Origin: Hamiltosporidium tvaerminnensis FI-OER-3-3
Lineage: Eukaryota > Fungi > Microsporidia
Direction of reading: 5' to 3'
Assembly (NCBI GenBank): GCA_022605425.2
Contig: JAKIMF020000001.1
Span: 434,001 to 498,000 of the forward strand
Length of the DNA stretch: 64,000 nucleotides
Both the position numbers and the translations under genes were made by a program. The notes below the pieces were generated by a model. That model did no database searches and was not told where the DNA came from. It was given only the letters and a program-made list of their open reading frames with translations. How positions within the stretch are numbered: the first letter of the stretch is position 1; each line of letters opens with the position of its first letter. This document shows positions 41,798-53,545 of the stretch, one piece after another.

Positions 41798-44341
41798 ATG
41801 ACTCTTACATCCATTTACATAAACTTTCCTTCGTATCCATTGAGTCTAAGAAAAGATTTAGCACGTCAACTTCAATCTTCTACTGTTGAAGACAATATAC
41901 GAGCACTTGAGACAATAATTATTCTTGCATCTCAAAACCAGGATTTTACAGATCATTTGAATTTAATATCTAGGCTTATGTCTGTAACACAAAACAAAGT
42001 ACTTAAGTCACTTTTTTACAAATTTCTTATAATGACTCCTAAAACAGATTCAGATGGAAGAATACTTGGAGAGTTTCTTATAATAACAAATCAAATTCGA
42101 AAGGATTTGACACATCCAAATGAATATTTAAGATCAAAAGTTTTACAGTTTATTGCCACATTAAATAGTTTCGAATTGGTTGAAAATTTTATTAAACCGA
42201 TCCAACAAAATTTCTTACATCAACATTTTTGTGTTCGAAGAAATGCTTATTTTTGTATTACCGAACTGTATAAAAAGTTTGGAGATACGATTCCAAATGT
42301 TCCTCAACAGTTGTATGACTGCTTGGTGACAGAAACTGATCCTAATTGTCTTAAACAATTATATTCTTCACTTCTTATTCTTGATGCGGATTTATTGTCT
42401 AGTTTTATGAAAAAACAAGATTTTTTTTCTCTTCCACCTGAATTGTTGGAAATTATTATTGAAAAAAATAATGATTTGGATTTTATTTCTAAATTTTTAA
42501 ATCATAGCGAACCTACGGTTTCTTATTGTTCTGCTTTAAAAATTATTTCTCTTACAAATTATTGTGTAAAGAAAGATTTTAATCTTATTTTAAAGTGCAT
42601 AGATGTTTTGATTCCTTATTTGTCTGATCAGGATTTTAAATTTACAACTCTTCGTATCATTTCAAATGTAAATGCTGATTTATCGAGTTTTGTTTCTAAA
42701 GTTATGGAATTTATAGATTCAACTGATATTATTTTTAGTGCAGAAATTTTAAATTTTGTATTTAAATATTCGACCGCATCAAATTTTTCAGGAGTTTCAG
42801 ATAATTTGATAAAAAATTTTAATCATTCGAAAAAATCTGAATTTATAATTTTTTTAATAGAAAATATGACAAGGATGCTCAAAGTATCTGGAACAACATC
42901 TGCTTTGTTTTTGGAGATTGCCTGTACATCTCTTAAGTCTGAAAATCCCGGTCTAAGTCATGCTGCTTTGTCTCTTCTCAAAGTACATCTGAAAAATAAT
43001 TTTTCACCAAAAATTCTTAATTTTCTTGTTTATGCACTGAAAGATTTTAAATTTGGTAAAATTATACGACAATGTACGGATATAATTTTAGAATTTGGAG
43101 AAGTAGAAGATTATAAAAAAATGATTGAAATATTATATTCTGGTATAAATTTCTACAAAAACAAAAAGAAGCAACAAACTACAGCCGATAAAAACAATAC
43201 AAGTGATACTTATTCTCTAATAACTCCTAATAGTACTTCAAGGTCTCCTATTCTCTTTACCTTGGACAATCCAGCTGTTCCTTTTTTAGGACCGTTTTTT
43301 TCACTTTCAATAGCAAGAATGTACATTAAAATTAAAAATAATTTAAATGAAAATCAAAAAAATGAAATAAAAACCAAAACTTTGGCTTTGCTTTTAGAAT
43401 TTATGAAAATGGGAGAAAAAGAAAATTTGATGGATTTAAGTGGAAGATACATAATTACTGAATGTATTCGTACGGTTATAAACGAATATAATGTTGAAAA
43501 AAGTATAATCAGCGATAATAAAGTGGTTCAAAAATTTAACGTTTTGGCGCCTATAAAATTTAATATTTCAAAAATCTCATCTGACGATTTAATTCAGCCA
43601 AAAACGGATATTTCTATGTCTTCTGATCTTTTAGATTATGTTTTTCAACTCACGGGTTTTTCTGATCCGGTTTATTGCGAAGCGAACATAAAAATTTCAC
43701 GTTTGGATATTTCACTTGACATTCTTGTTGTCAACCAGACTACAACAATTCTACAAAATTGTAATTTTGATTTTGTTACAAGTACTAACATTACTCAAAA
43801 TTTTATATCTGCACCTTTCAATTTACCAGAAATGAGTGTAAAAAACATTCTTTGTTCATTTAAAATTCATGAAAGTTTAAATTGTTCTATTTCTGGAACT
43901 TTTTCATTTTCATATTCTGGAATGAATAGAGAATGTGGTAGTGAAAGTATTTTAAATTTAAGTGAAATTAAATTCAATGTAAGTGATTTTCTTTTAGAAA
44001 AAAGTATTTCTGAGGATGAGTTTAGAGAAAAATGGACAAAATTAGAATGGGAAAATACGTATTGTCTTAAGTTTAGAAGTAATATGGATATAAACGAAAT
44101 TGTGGAGAGAATAAGAAATAAAATTAAAGGTAAAATTGTTTCTTCGGTTGGTCATAACAAATGCATGGCTTATAATATTGTGTGTGGAACATGGAAAGGT
44201 ACGTTGATTTTGTTGAATATTGGTATTTATGTTGAAAATGGTGTTGGATTTGAATGTAGAATAAGAAGTTGTAGAGAAGATGTTGTTAAAAGTCTTAGTT
44301 CTGTTGTTGGTGAGTGTTTGAAAGATTTGAAAGAAAAGTGA
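41798..44341 (+). CDS. COPB1: Coatomer subunit beta (beta-COP / Sec26)
   Basis: IRKDLTHPNEYLR, HFCVRRNAY, QLTGFSDPVYCEA, DILVVNQT and FREKWTKLEWEN are beta-COP motifs; 847 aa. Confidence 0.95.
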   Translation: MTLTSIYINFPSYPLSLRKDLARQLQSSTVEDNIRALETIIILASQNQDFTDHLNLISRLMSVTQNKVLKSLFYKFLIMTPKTDSDGRILGEFLIITNQIRKDLTHPNEYLRSKVLQFIATLNSFELVENFIKPIQQNFLHQHFCVRRNAYFCITELYKKFGDTIPNVPQQLYDCLVTETDPNCLKQLYSSLLILDADLLSSFMKKQDFFSLPPELLEIIIEKNNDLDFISKFLNHSEPTVSYCSALKIISLTNYCVKKDFNLILKCIDVLIPYLSDQDFKFTTLRIISNVNADLSSFVSKVMEFIDSTDIIFSAEILNFVFKYSTASNFSGVSDNLIKNFNHSKKSEFIIFLIENMTRMLKVSGTTSALFLEIACTSLKSENPGLSHAALSLLKVHLKNNFSPKILNFLVYALKDFKFGKIIRQCTDIILEFGEVEDYKKMIEILYSGINFYKNKKKQQTTADKNNTSDTYSLITPNSTSRSPILFTLDNPAVPFLGPFFSLSIARMYIKIKNNLNENQKNEIKTKTLALLLEFMKMGEKENLMDLSGRYIITECIRTVINEYNVEKSIISDNKVVQKFNVLAPIKFNISKISSDDLIQPKTDISMSSDLLDYVFQLTGFSDPVYCEANIKISRLDISLDILVVNQTTTILQNCNFDFVTSTNITQNFISAPFNLPEMSVKNILCSFKIHESLNCSISGTFSFSYSGMNRECGSESILNLSEIKFNVSDFLLEKSISEDEFREKWTKLEWENTYCLKFRSNMDINEIVERIRNKIKGKIVSSVGHNKCMAYNIVCGTWKGTLILLNIGIYVENGVGFECRIRSCREDVVKSLSSVVGECLKDLKEK

Positions 44342-44494
44342 AATTAAAAAAATGTGTTTTCTTCTTTTTCAATTTTCGGATTATTATTATTTTAAAAATT
44401 CGTTGTTTATTCCTTCTAAAAACCTCGAAGTTTTTTCTTTAAATTTTCGGATTATTATTTATTTTAAAAAAACCTTAAAGGTTTTTGAAAGACA

Positions 44495-44950
44495 AATATT
44501 TACAAATACTTAGGAATAATAGATGATAGCAAAACAAAACGCATTCAATTAAAAATTTTGAAAGATTTTTCTTACTAAAATTTAAAAAACTTTGTCTAAT
44601 AAATTCAATGTGGTTTGTCTTTTTTTTAGATTTTATACATTTTATATATTTAGATAACTAAAACTTTACTATCAAGCTCATTGCTTACAATTTCTTTGTG
44701 TTTTATTCAAAGGGAACAAGGTTTCTAACAAACAAGCTTATTCATGGAAAATTTAGAGAGTCTCTAATTTAATTATATGTGGGTACCAACGGAAAATACA
44801 TATCTTATTTAATATAAAAGCAAATTTTAGTTTGTAACTTAGTAATTTCTAAATATAAACAGAGGATAAGAAATCTTAAATAAGAAAAATGATAAAAGAC
44901 ACAACTTTGCTTTCAAAAGGATGATCAACTATTTAAATATATAAAATTTC
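44495..44950 (+). mobile_element. Highly decayed relic of the non-LTR family (RT thumb region)
   Basis: tacaaatacttaggaataatagatgatagc translates as YKYLGIIDDS (element: KYLGIIEDS). Downstream similarity is weak. Confidence 0.45.
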
Positions 44951-45520
44951 AATGTATTTTTACCTACCAATGTGATTAGAAAGATTTTACCAAGATATGA
45001 ATGTATATTGTGTCGATTGTATATCTAGGTTTGTAGATAAATGTTTGTATGTAAAGTTTTTGATTGTATATTTGATATATTCTGGAAGATATAAATTCAA
45101 TATTTTATTTTAAGAACTGAACTATAAAAAAAGTAAGATTTAAGGATATTGAAGAATAAGAACAGTGCAACTCTAACAAAGTTTAAAATAAAAATCAACC
45201 AAATAATTTTTTTGACTTAAAGTAAACATAAATATATATCAGCGTACTAAAATTTATTTATAAATTAATAAACGCCAGGAAAATAATGAAATTTTTTATT
45301 TAATTATGAGAAGATACTTTGATTTGGTTATAGCAGTGATCAAGATAAATTAATTTAGTCTCAAAATCTATTTTTATCTAAATATGTATGAACTGATTTT
45401 CTAAACGATATATATACCTTGATTTCATAATAATACGAATATATATGTAAAAATAAAACTTTATACTACAATTTTTAAAAAAATTTAAATTACGTTTTAA
45501 ACATGGTTTATAATTTTAAG

Positions 45521-45745
45521 ATGGAGAGAAGATAACCCCATTAAAGACTATCTGATTGGTAATGAGTGCGTAGAATTGGTTGTAAAATCCATTATTGCTA
45601 TTTTTATAGGGATATAAACCACACCGAATCTATACCCCAATCTTCTTTAATCCATATTGACAACTGATTAAAATAAACAAATGGGAACCTTTCATTTTTT
45701 TATCTTCGACCCCGCAGAAGTAAAAGAGGAACGGAATAAGTAAGA
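45521..45745. repeat. Unidentified dispersed repeat (homolog of 9712-9945)
   Basis: Colinear blocks: cattaaa.acta, gggatataaa, aaacaaatgg.aac.tttcattt, ttcgac.cc, ggaataa. Confidence 0.65.
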
Positions 45746-45994
45746 AAGTTATAATTTTGAAAGCCTTTAAAATTGTTTTGTGATTTAATGTAGAAATTAC
45801 AGCTTATTATACATTAAATATTAGGCTTCTCAGATAGAAAGAATAAAAATTTTCACATGAAAATTTATTTTTTTAAGAAAAAAATGGTACTTACGATTAC
45901 AAGTTGTCAAAGCCACAATGAACCTACCCTTATGGGGAATCGAAATCTTTTGATTGGTTTTATTTCATGTATAGCACATATTTTTTAAAAATAG

Positions 45995-46690
45995 AGTTGT
46001 TATATTGTTTTCATGACATTAAGACGTTTTGCGTTTAATGCAGATACCCTATTTTTCGACACCCTATTTCATTCCCCACTATATATCATCGCAAAGCTTT
46101 CCATCATCACGTGTGTAGAAACTATTAAATAATCGAAGAAGTTACTCGTAGTTCGGTAATGTCTGTTACCTGGTGTGTGATCGCCGGTAGAAGTACTTTT
46201 AGGTTCACACAGGAACAGCAATATTTATATATATTTTACATTTACCGAACCGAATAGACTTCTAGCTAAGATATATTGCGAAGACTTACATAGAATCCAC
46301 CTAGCAGTTCCGCGTCATACAAAAATACGTAACCTGCTATTTAGCCTTCTTGGCCTTAATATCGTTATACGTTTTTCTTAGTATCCCAGAAGCCGATCCT
46401 ACTATCATAATTAACACGTCTAGATTTTGTTGCTTTACAGGCGATTACTTAACTCTTCAGTCTTGGCTTACAATTATGTTACATAAAAAAATACGAAATA
46501 TGTTTGTAGAAAAAGCTTCATCATTTCTTGGTTCTTTTTCTTTATACAAATTCGCATGCAAAAAGAGATCATATGCTGTTTTTTCATCCTTCGAAGCCCA
46601 AACAAGGATTTCGTGACAAATTTCACTTGATTATGGCTAGCAGATACCTTATGGTTTTTTTTATCATTTCGCTTCAGCTTGAATAAAATA
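45995..46690. repeat. Degenerate ~0.7-kb repeat, paralog of 50312-51005
   Basis: Shared blocks: tgttatat..atgacattaa, acttctagctaaga, gactta, cacctag, taacctgct, gttacataaaaaa, tttgtagaaaaag. Confidence 0.7.
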
Positions 46691-48230
46691 ATAAGTGTAA
46701 ACATATATTAAAAAAGATTAATCAAGATTATTTGGCATAAAACCATGGTTGTTCATGTTTACGAAATTAGTTTTTTTATAACTTTCTTCTTTCTCTATAA
46801 CTATCTATCGATCGGTAAATATGTTTTATATTATATTTAACTATTTGTTAAGCTCTTGGAACCGATCTTTATCTTAAATTGAAAAAAAACCCAAATAAAA
46901 AAATTAGTCGATTACAAATTTGAAGTTCGAGGTATTAGCTATAGTTTCCTATTATTCTCAATAAAATTTTTATGATCTCATCTGATCTTTTTCTGCATAA
47001 TTTTTGGGTCTTTCATATCGCATTTTTAAATTTTTTTTTAATTTAGAATTCTCTTTTTCTATTCTATTTACTTTCAATTTTTCCACGGTTCACCTCAGCA
47101 TTTTATATTTAGTCTGTTCACTTTCTACCTATTTTTACTCAATTCTGTCTTCTTCATAGAAAGAAATTTATTCATGTGAAGTGTTATATTTGCCTAAAAA
47201 AGCTGCTCCTATTCAAATATCTGTATATTTTATTTAATATGTTGTATAACTTCCTAGTAATTTTTATTAAAAATCTTTTAATTTAATCAGGTACTAACTT
47301 CCACAAAGCTATTCAATCAATAATTGTTTCATGCAATTATTATTGAAGAATTTAAGTAAATTCACATAAGAACGGCAAAAAAGCATCAATCTTATCATAC
47401 AATTTTTTATGTAACTGTAAATTCTTTGAAAAGAAATCAGAACAAATGGATTCAAATTTTTTTAAGTGTAAAAATTAAAAAAAAACTTATTTTGCTATTT
47501 AGTCAACACAATACAATTTATATATAAATTTATGAATTTTATTTCAAATATTTTTTTGAACCAATATAATCTTTAAAAGTCTTCCATGTTCTACTTGGGC
47601 TCACTATTATTGCTGTGTAAGATTTATGAACAAATCAAAATAGTCATATCTTAATTGCGGCATTCATATCCGTATCTTGTAATGTTTTTACCAATTAAAC
47701 ATTTCGAAGTGAGTGTTCGATTCAGGACATTACTGAATTTCTTTGATCTTTTTTTTCCTGCCTTAGGGTATAGTTTTTGCATTCGAAAATTCATAATTTA
47801 TGTGGTAGTATTAATGGAATAATTGTCATTTATAAATGCGATAAATTTTGAGTTTTGCTTCTCTCTGTTTTCTTTATGAGATCTTGTACGCTGTTTCAAA
47901 CTCTTAGTTAAAATTCTCAAAAATCTACTTCCCTTCGATAACTATTAAATATTTTTTTTGTTGCTAACGTAATTACAAGACTAATTTTTAGATTCAAAAA
48001 AGATAATGTGAGCTTTTCAATTTCAAATCTTTTAGTACAAAATAAAATTAATATATAACTATACAAACACACAATTATCAAACAATATATTTATATATAA
48101 GAATCGGCTCATTTTTTAATCTTAAATAAATTTTAAATTTTTCTAAATTTCATAATCTACCGTTATTTATATAAAACCACATTTCTATTTTAATTAAAAA
48201 AAAATATAAAAATCCAAAAAAACCAAACCC

Positions 48231-48413
48231 TTGCGTCATACTATTCAGAATCGTTTGTATAGTAGGTTCGCATTCCAAATCACATGATTTGCAGCACATA
48301 CGACTAGGATGACGAAAGATGACCACATCACCTTCACGGAATAAAGAGTGTAAAACTCTGTTGATGAAGTGGTTGATTCATTTCAATTGGTGGTGTGGTT
48401 TTCTGACTAGTCT
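48231..48413 (+). ncRNA. U3: U3 box C/D snoRNA (~180 nt)
   Basis: Box A'/A gtcatactattcagaatcgtttgtatag. Terminal stem gactag (48302-07) / ctagtc (48407-12) encloses box C' gatga and box D ctga. Box B agagtg (48345), box C tgatga (48362). Inner stem gaccacatcacc / ggtggtgtggtt. Confidence 0.88.
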
Positions 48414-48601
48414 CATATTCTAAATATATTTGTCTTCTTTTTTCCTCCTTCTATTTTTACTAAAGAATTCTTTTCTTCTTTATATATATATTCTATCTCT
48501 TCTCCTTTTCTTTTCTATTTTTCTTTCTTATAAAATTTTATTTTATTTTTCAAAATATTCCTTTCTTTAGTTTTTCTTTTTATTTATAGTCTTCCCTTTA
48601 A

Positions 48602-49306
48602 ATGCGTTTAGAAACTAAGAATAGTGAAATTACAGTTTGGTTAGTAAAAGTACCAAATTTTTTAGCGGAACGATTACATGAATTGGAAGGTGATATTGAC
48701 ATAGGAGAACTAGAAATTACTTCAGCGACTGAAAACGAACCTGCTTCTGTTAACATTAAATTTTCAGAAAAAGTGTGCGGTTCCGGTTTTCCGACCTTGT
48801 TTCATCTCGATCGTAGTGAAGTAGATAAGCAAATGTATATGTTAAAGAGTGAAAAGGATACATCGGGAATTGAAGGCAAAGTAACAACAGAATGTTTTGT
48901 GAGACCAGTTATAAATGAAGAATATATTTTATATCGAAAAACCAGAAATGAAATTACAAGTGGTCCTAAAAGAATGACACAAGTGATCGATTTTAATAAA
49001 GATGGTAGGATTGGAGAACGTATAGGATCTATTAGTGAACTAGAAACAATGGCAAGAAAACGTAAGAAAATGTTGATGGATAAGAAAAGAGAGAGACTGG
49101 ATAAGAGTCATGTCATGGATATGTTATTTAATGCATTTGAAAAACATAAATTCTGGACGGTTAAGGATTTAGCAGATTTTACTGGACAACCAGTTGCCTA
49201 TATTCAAGAACTTATTTCTGAAATCGGTATGTTAAATAAGAAAGATCATAAAAATACTTATGAACTAAAACCTGAATATTCTTATGGCAGAGATGAAAGT
49301 CAATAG
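48602..49306 (+). CDS. TFG2: Transcription initiation factor TFIIF beta subunit (RAP30 / Tfg2)
   Basis: N-terminal VWLVKVPNFL and C-terminal winged helix LFNAFEKHKFWTVKDLADFTGQPVAYIQELISEIG..YELKPEY. Confidence 0.93.
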   Translation: MRLETKNSEITVWLVKVPNFLAERLHELEGDIDIGELEITSATENEPASVNIKFSEKVCGSGFPTLFHLDRSEVDKQMYMLKSEKDTSGIEGKVTTECFVRPVINEEYILYRKTRNEITSGPKRMTQVIDFNKDGRIGERIGSISELETMARKRKKMLMDKKRERLDKSHVMDMLFNAFEKHKFWTVKDLADFTGQPVAYIQELISEIGMLNKKDHKNTYELKPEYSYGRDESQ

Positions 49307-50235
49307 ATTTATTTGGTTTGATAAATTTATTAATTTTTTTGGATATAAACAGGTATTCTTGATGATTGTATTTTATTCGTTTTGTTTTATATTTTTTAAA
49401 AAAATTCCTGTAAAAATTGTATTTCTATTGTTTTATATTCAAATTTTAAAGTTATTCAAAAATAACTTTAATGTATGTCTTTTATTCGATAATTTATTAT
49501 TTTTTCTATCAGTCTTTGTTTCAGTCTTTTCCTTTGCTTGTTTAAATCAATCGTTCTTTATATTCTTTTCGTGCAATTGCAGAATTTTTATTACATTTTT
49601 ATTTCAGCCATTTATCAACATGTTGGGGTCAAATATTTAGGTATTTCGTTACTTAAACTCTCTTTATCATTAGCGCGATTTCGTTGTTTATATATTTTCG
49701 TTGTATACATTACATTTTTAGATGCATTTATAAGTCCCAACAAAATTCATCTTTATCTCCGATTTTCTGTTTTAAATCGACGAACAGGAAATGAATTTTT
49801 TCGAGTCTACTGCCTCACCCTACCTATTCTTATTGGTAAATTTTGTAAATTATAAGGTATTTTATTTTATTATGTTGAAATATTTTTCTTGGACATTACA
49901 TGTTAAATTATATTTCCTTATATTTATTAATGAGATTTAAATTTATTTGCAAATATGTAGTATTTGTAGGTTCAACTTTTAACATTGTGAAACGAGTACT
50001 ATGAAATAGCTCCTACGCAAATAATCACAAGAATTTCTTTTATGTTCCAAAGTTCTTTGACTAATTATCTGAACTTTGAAATCGGTCTTTCTCAAAATTA
50101 AACTTTCATTTCTGCCTACATATTCTGATGAAATTCTTGAACCAAGTGACTTTTGATTTCTTTCCAACAGTTAGCTTAGTTTATTATGTCCTAACGAAAC
50201 TGAACCTATCATAAATAGCGCGAATTATAGTTGTA

Positions 50236-53005
50236 TACAGTATGTAAAAAAAAATCCGGACACTTATGTTTTAAGTTTATTTAAAACTATCACATCTTTT
50301 AGAACAGTAACAAGTGTTATATTTGTTTTTATGACATTAACGCATTCTAGGTTTAACATAAATAATTACTACCCCAACACTCCACTGGTACCCCCTGCGA
50401 TACCTACATTCCCAAGACTTTCTCTACCAGGTGTTTAGAACTTAATTAATAGGCGAGGCAGTTGCCGATGTTCGTTAATGTTCGTTTCATGGTGTTTGAT
50501 CGAAGGTCGAAAACCACCCGAGGCACCCCCAAGACTATTTAGTATTCCCTCTTACTCTACACTTTCTGAACCCAATAAACTTCTAGCTAAGAATCATTTC
50601 AGAGACTTATATGAAGTTCACCTAGACAATGCAATGCCATACCAACAGGTTTAACCTGCTTCTTAGCTCTCCCGGGCTTTAATAGTTTTTATTTTTATAT
50701 CTCTCAGGCTCTAAGTCTTACAACCCGAGTGAGCAAGGCCAGGTTTCCATGCTTTTACATGGCCATTGCCTACATGTTCAGCAGCGGTCTGCAATCAAGT
50801 TACATAAAAAACTATAAATAAATTTGTAGAAAAAGTTTCGCTTCTCTTGTTTTTCTCCTCCTCATACAAACTCCATGGAACAACCAAAGACGTAGTGTGG
50901 TTTTATTACTATAAAAAAGTCTAAACAATGACCTTCACACAAGTTTCGCATACTCATTGCCAAGCAGAAAGTTTTTTTATTTGGTCATCTTTCCTCCACC
51001 TGTTTGATCATAAATAATGTTTATTGGATTAAAATCTTGGGAATAAAAGATATTTCTATCTTTTAAATACCTTCTTCCACCTTTTTATAATTTTAGTCGT
51101 TTTTTTTAGAAATCCGAATTTCAATTACGTTTATTTTCGGAGCAGCCACCGGCACTAGATCATATATTTTATGGTGCGAATTACTGGATTATAATTTTTA
51201 AGGCCATCTTGCACATTTTTCACTTGCTTTGAATAGTTTTTTTTAAAAAAAAATTTTAGTTTCTTTTAATACCACAATATATTTTTTTAAAGCCTTTGTC
51301 CACGTAATGTTCGCACTCAATTCCTCATCTTCGACAGCTCATGTATGTAAGACTATAGACGGAATACATGTCTCTATGTTTATAGATTTTTGTAGTCTTA
51401 TCGGATCATCTTATCGTATTTTGATTTGACTCATCCAATGTATTATCCAATAAGAAAACATAGATAAGCTAAATTCAAAAATAAGATCAAATTCTTTTGT
51501 TTATACCCCATGCTCAAATCTTCCTAAATTTCTCTATTTCAACTATTATATTTTAATCTTAAATGAGATTCAAACTTCAGGGATGTTATTTTTTTCAGCC
51601 TTTTGCCCAAAAGACATCTATTAATATATGATTTCGGATTTAAAATCGGTTTCTTATTTTTAGTCTATCCACTGCATAATATTTATCAGAAATTTATTGA
51701 ACAGAATAATTCCGAATGCATTTTGAAAGCCCAAATCCATATCTCCTATTGTCTTAAAAAATTATTAACCTATAAAAAGCATTATTTTAAGATGTTTAAG
51801 ATGTATAATACGAGTAATTTTAGCCATATTTTAACGCTCATTATATACAATATTGTCGATATAAAACAATATGATTGAATTTACAACCGTATGTTCAAAA
51901 TTTCGGTCATCTATTTAATATTTACTATACCCTCTATAAAACGTAAAATACATAAGATTCCTTTATTCATAGAAATAACAAGTTTTTGCATAAGAGCAGT
52001 AGGGATTCAATTCCGAATTCTGATTATTTTTTGTTAGGCCTCATTTTTATGTTTAAAGTTAAATTGCACAATTCTTTTTTCTTATGCGCCCAAAGATGTT
52101 CTATTGAGTTGAAGTATGGTTATTTTTGAGACCGGGGAAGTATTCCAATATTTTTTCTTTGAAAATATCTCACAACCACTCGTGATTTATGTTTAAATTC
52201 ATTATCTTGCTGTAAAATATACTCATCTAAGCCTATTTTTCTAGCAAATAATTCTAAATTCTTTGCAAAAATGCAGAAATTTGGGGGTATTTCTATCGTC
52301 TTATCATGAATTCTAAATTTCAAAAATCTTGATAAGAACATATATTCCAACCCATAAAATTTCCACCATTAGTTTAAAATTTGGTTTTATATAGTTAGAT
52401 TTAGGCCTTTACTGTGTTGCTCCATACATAAACTACCATTTTACCAATCAAGCTGAATTTGTGTTTCTCCACTAAATATTTGTACTTTTACAATTTTCAT
52501 TGGAAATTGGAAAAATTAATTCGGAAATTTCAAATCCGGAACCATATTTTTTGGTGAAAGCAAAAGTCTTTCAGCAAGTTAAATAGCTTAATATCGACTG
52601 TATTTAACTGATTAAATATAATCTGGACAGCACTATTGTAATTACACAACGTATTCATTCTTTAGCGATTTCTACTGGTAAAATTTTAGGATTTTTCCTT
52701 CTAAAATCTGAAATTTTTTAGTCATGATAATATACAAAAAAAGGGTTCGTTAAATCATGCTTATGATTTGTATCTTTTCCATACTTTTGTAAGTATAATA
52801 GACTTTAGACCTTGCTAATTGAAGCAATTCAGAAATTTTTCTTGTTAAATAACTTTTTAGACCTAACTCGAATATTACATTTTCCTTATCTGACTATATA
52901 TAATCAGTTAAAGGGGGATTATAACTCAAAATTTATAATTAACGGATCTTTGACGCAGAATATTTAATAGTTTTTAGGTGTCCGGGATTTTTTTTTGGCA
53001 TTTTA
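50236..53005 (-). mobile_element. Decayed Tc1-like DNA transposon with candidate terminal inverted repeats
   Basis: Minus strand ~52085-52480 reads IFSGET.., GGNFMGW, ILQQDNEFKHKS and PYFNSIEHLW. TA-CAGT..aaaaaaaaatccggacac (50236-63) is inverted to gtgtccgggattttttttt (52978-96). The transposase core is well supported; the boundaries less so. Confidence 0.6.
50312..51005. repeat. Degenerate ~0.7-kb repeat, paralog of 45995-46690
   Basis: See 45995-46690. Plus-frame remnants EPNKLLAK vs EPNRLLAK. Confidence 0.7.
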
Positions 53006-53094
53006 GAAAGATATATGTAAATGTAGAATTAGAAATTATAATCAAATTCATCAAAAAACAATCAATATCGCTAATTTATATATAAGATGTATTT

Positions 53095-53480
53095 TAAATA
53101 TAAATATGAATGCAGAGGCATACATTCGCTCGATATTACTAAATAAAACCCTCAAATTAATTTCTTTTGATCGAAGAAGAGAACCCGAGTCCGAACCAAA
53201 TTGCGAAAATATTTGTAGAGAAGGGGAAAGAATGCCTCCATACAAAGCGGAAAACCCTGAGAAACAATGAATTCATGGATTTAGCTGATAAATAGAAAGA
53301 TGGTGATAAACAAGAAAATAAAAAATGGCACATCCTATTTTCGAGTGCAGAATCGCACCAGGAAAAGTGAGAATAAATATAAATAAATTTTCGCACATAG
53401 ATGAAGGAATTAAAGTGATTGAGAAGGTAAAGAAATGTATTTAAGAGTAAAAAATATTTTAACATAAAAATTTATAAATT
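53095..53480 (+). mobile_element. Old 3'-terminal relic of the non-LTR family
   Basis: atgaatgcagaggcatacattc..ttcttttgatcgaagaagag..aaaaatattttaac matches MNVEAYIQ..SFDRRRG and the element 3' end. Confidence 0.7.
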
Positions 53481-53545
53481 AATACAGCTAAAGACTCTAA
53501 TTAAAAATTAAACCTACTCAAAAAAATATACTAATAATAAAAACT

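Noticed and set aside
44360-44475. ~71-bp direct duplication after COPB (aattttcggattattat)
   Set aside because: Real but low-complexity local slippage with no evident function.
47400-47900. Possible further transposase relic
   Set aside because: Only a weak LNP-like remnant; not supportable.
49284-49855. Two hydrophobic ORFs after TFIIF beta as membrane proteins
   Set aside because: Phe/Ile richness reflects T-rich composition; they overlap TFG2 and each other and have no recognisable motifs.
50890-51005. STE12-like pseudogene (FLLGNEY resemblance)
   Set aside because: Downstream STE motifs (ITGTDI, KKFEEG, QKKQKVF) are absent.
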